DNA from: a virus | IMG/VR virus record: IMGVR_UViG_3300042273_000448 | DNA length: 64,000 bases | Reading direction: 5' to 3' (one strand) | Part shown: positions 61,479-64,000 of the stretch, one piece after another | Layout: the number at the start of each line of letters is the position of its first letter | How positions within the stretch are numbered: position 1 is the stretch's first letter | Notes under the pieces: generated by a model | The model's input: only the letters and a program-made list of their open reading frames with translations | The model's database searches: none | Told to the model about the DNA's origin: nothing | Made by a program: the position numbers and the translations under genes

Positions 61479-61973
61479 TTATTCCTTAAAAAACAAATTT
61501 TCATTTACATAACGGTTTCTTAATTCCATTAAAATAAAGCCTAGATGATTATGTTTTACTTTTACTTTTTTACATTTTTCACATTTACATACACCCCAAA
61601 AATTATCATGCCATAAGTTTCCTTCGATTAATATATAGGGGTGTGTTGCTATAAGTTTTTCTTTAATACTCTTATTATATTCAAATTTTTCATATATAAT
61701 GTCTCTCATTATTTGAACTTTTACATTATTCCAATCTTCTCTTAATGTCAATTTCTTCCCTATTTCTTTGACAAGATGGGGAGTAGGGCAATCTATAATC
61801 CATTTTTTCTCTTTTGGATCAAGGGTTTTGGATGCTTGATAAGCATGTTCAGCAGTTTTCCATACAATATCATTATATAGAACAAAGGAAAAATAAAAAT
61901 TACTTAGAAAGACATGTTCTCCCCTAAAAGTTTCAATACTGTTTTCATCAAATATATTATAGATAGTAGACAT
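61479..61973 (-). CDS. NADAR (YbiA-like) domain protein
   Basis: 164 aa. HVFLSNFY...AEHAYQASK...LIEGNLWHDNFWG are the conserved NADAR/DUF1768 motifs. Confidence 0.6.
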   Translation of the reverse strand: MSTIYNIFDENSIETFRGEHVFLSNFYFSFVLYNDIVWKTAEHAYQASKTLDPKEKKWIIDCPTPHLVKEIGKKLTLREDWNNVKVQIMRDIIYEKFEYNKSIKEKLIATHPYILIEGNLWHDNFWGVCKCEKCKKVKVKHNHLGFILMELRNRYVNENLFFKE

Positions 61974-62373
61974 TAAAAGTTACCTCACTGTCTCCAAATA
62001 CATATTTAAGTTGTTCCTTAACTGCGGGCCAAGATAACCTATCAAGCCCACAACCAATTTTAGGCATATAGACTTCTGTAATGATGTTATTTCTCATTAC
62101 CTCTGCCATATTTTGGAGTGCAAAGCACATAGACTCATAAGAGGGTTTACCGGAACTTCGTCTTTTTGTTACAATATTTAATACTGGGGAAACATAATAA
62201 GTTTTCCCTACTTCAAGAACTTCATTTCGAAGTCTTTTAATTTGTGGATAATTTTTCACAAAATCAACCGCAATACCAGCACCCATTTCAGCATCTGCTG
62301 CAATACAATGAGCAACCACAGTATCTTTTTTAACAAAATTGAACAGGTTTCCCTGAGTTTCATTGATTATCAT
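61957..62373 (-). CDS. Macro domain protein (ADP-ribose binding/hydrolase)
   Basis: 138 aa. AHCIAADAEMGAGIAVDF is a typical macro-domain phosphate-binding loop region. Overlaps the NADAR gene start. Confidence 0.55.
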   Translation of the reverse strand: MIINETQGNLFNFVKKDTVVAHCIAADAEMGAGIAVDFVKNYPQIKRLRNEVLEVGKTYYVSPVLNIVTKRRSSGKPSYESMCFALQNMAEVMRNNIITEVYMPKIGCGLDRLSWPAVKEQLKYVFGDSEVTFNVYYL

Positions 62374-62666
62374 TATTTGAATTCCTCATAGTTATACTTA
62401 TATCCATTTGGAATATAATATTCTTCATGCTCATAAATGTTAACCATACCATTATAATATGCGTTTAAGGATTTTGATGCTGAAATACAAAAAGGCGTGT
62501 CACCAAAATCCCATACAGCCTTTACAAATTTAACTTTAAAAGAATATTCATCATCCGTGGAATTGTCTTCTAATATTTCAATTTCACCAATAAGACCGGA
62601 TTCTTTATATTGGTATCTTTTTCCAACCTCAACAAAATCCCAGCCACCATTATGCCATGTTGCCAT
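62373..62666 (-). CDS. hypothetical protein
   Basis: 97 aa ORF. Confidence 0.4.
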   Translation of the reverse strand: MATWHNGGWDFVEVGKRYQYKESGLIGEIEILEDNSTDDEYSFKVKFVKAVWDFGDTPFCISASKSLNAYYNGMVNIYEHEEYYIPNGYKYNYEEFK

Positions 62667-62679
62667 AATTTACACCCCC

Positions 62680-63117
62680 TTAATTTACATCACCAAATGA
62701 CATATCTTTATCTTCTGAATCAATTACAATTTTTGCACCATATAAATGTTCATAGTAACCACACCAAAATGGATAAAGTTGATATTCTCTTTCTCCATCA
62801 TCATGAAGTAATTTGATAGCATAATCATATCTTGAAGTTGCTTTATAAAAAGTTGCTTTAACGCAAAACTTAGGAACATTTTTTAACCATTTCTCTTCAT
62901 TTACATGAGGAGGTTGGGTTGCATATGTAAACCATTCGTAATGTGCTTTGATTCTTTTTAGATTCTTTTTAGCAATATCAAGATTCTTCCATTCATACTC
63001 AAGAATAGAAGTCTCATCAGATGTTGAGAAAGAATCTCCGGCGCGATAATAAATTTTAATTTGATAAGACATATGAACTCCAATATTAAAAGTGACTTGA
63101 TAAAAATAATCTATCAA
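62680..63117 (-). CDS. hypothetical protein
   Basis: 145 aa ORF. Confidence 0.4.
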   Translation of the reverse strand: MIDYFYQVTFNIGVHMSYQIKIYYRAGDSFSTSDETSILEYEWKNLDIAKKNLKRIKAHYEWFTYATQPPHVNEEKWLKNVPKFCVKATFYKATSRYDYAIKLLHDDGEREYQLYPFWCGYYEHLYGAKIVIDSEDKDMSFGDVN

Positions 63118-63145
63118 GCCACTTATCTATTGTAAATAAAATTCT

Positions 63146-63973
63146 TTATTCTTTAATCGATAGCATCGGGGACGGCATTGTTCCTGCCATATATGTTGGC
63201 ATAATTCCGTTCCACTTTTCAATTCGTTTATATTCAACAAGAGTAGCAGTAATTGAGTTAGATAGGATTTTATTTGCTTCGGCCTGTGCAAGAGCTACAA
63301 GCTTAATAGATTCTGCCTCGCCTTGTGCGGCAGCAATTTTCTTACGGGCCTCGGCTTCAGCTTCGCGGACTTGATTTTCAACCCTTTGTGCAGTCTGCGT
63401 GGCCTCAATTTTAGCGTTAAGTGCTGTAATTACGGATCCAGGAAGACGAAGATCACCAACAAAGGAAATCTGTTCAATAATAATACCAATAGGTTCAACC
63501 TTACTCTTTACAATTGATTCAACTTCATCACGAAGAGCAGCCTTACCTTCACCATAAACAAATTCAACAGGCTTATTTGAAGATGCTACGACAAAAGCAT
63601 CTCGCACAATATTCCTTAGATAAATGTCAGTAATTTCTTCTACACCCTTACGATACTTCTGGAAAATATCATTAACCTTATTTGGATCAATGTGATACGC
63701 AATACCAATATCAGCATTTACAGAAAGACCTTCCTTTGTCTGAAACGTAATTGATTCATCATCAGGAGAACCTTCACGAGAATCTGCAGACCAAACATAA
63801 TTCTGAGTATATGTTGGAAAAATATATAGTTCTTCATTCCAACCAATCCAATATCGTCCAACACCAAGCTCTTCAGTGTCAACCCCTTTATTTCCACCAA
63901 GAAGATAAACCTTCACACCAACATTGCCGGAAGGTACTTTGGTACAAGCTACACTTCCAAAAGTCAACACCAT
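63146..63973 (-). CDS. SPFH / band-7 (prohibitin, HflK/C-like) domain protein
   Basis: 275 aa. Hydrophobic N-terminus. Band-7 core (GLSVNADIGIAYHI, YLRNIVRDAF, IIIEQISFVGDLRLP). Ala/Glu-rich C-terminal helix AEAEARKKIAAAQGEAESIKLVALAQAEAN. Confidence 0.65.
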   Translation of the reverse strand: MVLTFGSVACTKVPSGNVGVKVYLLGGNKGVDTEELGVGRYWIGWNEELYIFPTYTQNYVWSADSREGSPDDESITFQTKEGLSVNADIGIAYHIDPNKVNDIFQKYRKGVEEITDIYLRNIVRDAFVVASSNKPVEFVYGEGKAALRDEVESIVKSKVEPIGIIIEQISFVGDLRLPGSVITALNAKIEATQTAQRVENQVREAEAEARKKIAAAQGEAESIKLVALAQAEANKILSNSITATLVEYKRIEKWNGIMPTYMAGTMPSPMLSIKE

Positions 63974-64000
63974 AAACAGAATTAGATAAACAAGATTTTT

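Noticed and set aside
1..64000. Alternative reading TGA = Gly (table 25, CPR bacteria)
   Set aside because: The UvsW alignment places TGA opposite T4 Trp in the GNWDG motif. TerL aligns it with Phe, Trp and aromatic positions.

Overview
AT-rich (about 30% GC) fragment of a T4-like (Straboviridae-like) phage. The provided six-frame ORF track is fragmented because TGA is used as a sense codon throughout, in early and late genes alike. In more than 40 places consecutive standard-code ORFs share a frame and are separated only by TGA. In the UvsW N-terminus the TGA aligns with the conserved Trp of T4 (GNWDG versus GH-TGA-DG), so I read TGA as Trp (translation table 4). I merged ORFs across TGA before calling genes. 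Merged coordinates are from manual counting and may be off by 1-3 nt. Evidence is by-eye motif and homology recognition, not database search. Recognisable content, in order: beta-glucosyltransferase (Bgt), Hsp20, gp32 SSB, 8 tRNAs in two clusters with a homing-endonuclease gene between them, CCA-adding enzyme, anaerobic RNR nrdD/nrdG, a terminase large subunit fractured into two genes (P-loop mini-intein, atypically split intein, in-frame GIY-YIG endonuclease), a T4-order head module (gp24-like, portal gp20, gp21 protease, gp22 scaffold, gp23 capsid) with TATAAATA late promoters, a minus-strand tail module (sheath gp18, tube-like, fibres), and the recombination genes uvsW, uvsY-like, uvsX and gp46. 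Notable extras: five paralogous zinc-finger / 21-aa tandem-repeat / PD-(D/E)xK nuclease genes, a 1401-codon reading frame hidden by seven TGA codons, an ADP-ribose-related cluster (Nudix, NADAR, Macro), a GC-rich structured noncoding island, and a recurring 21-bp intergenic motif.
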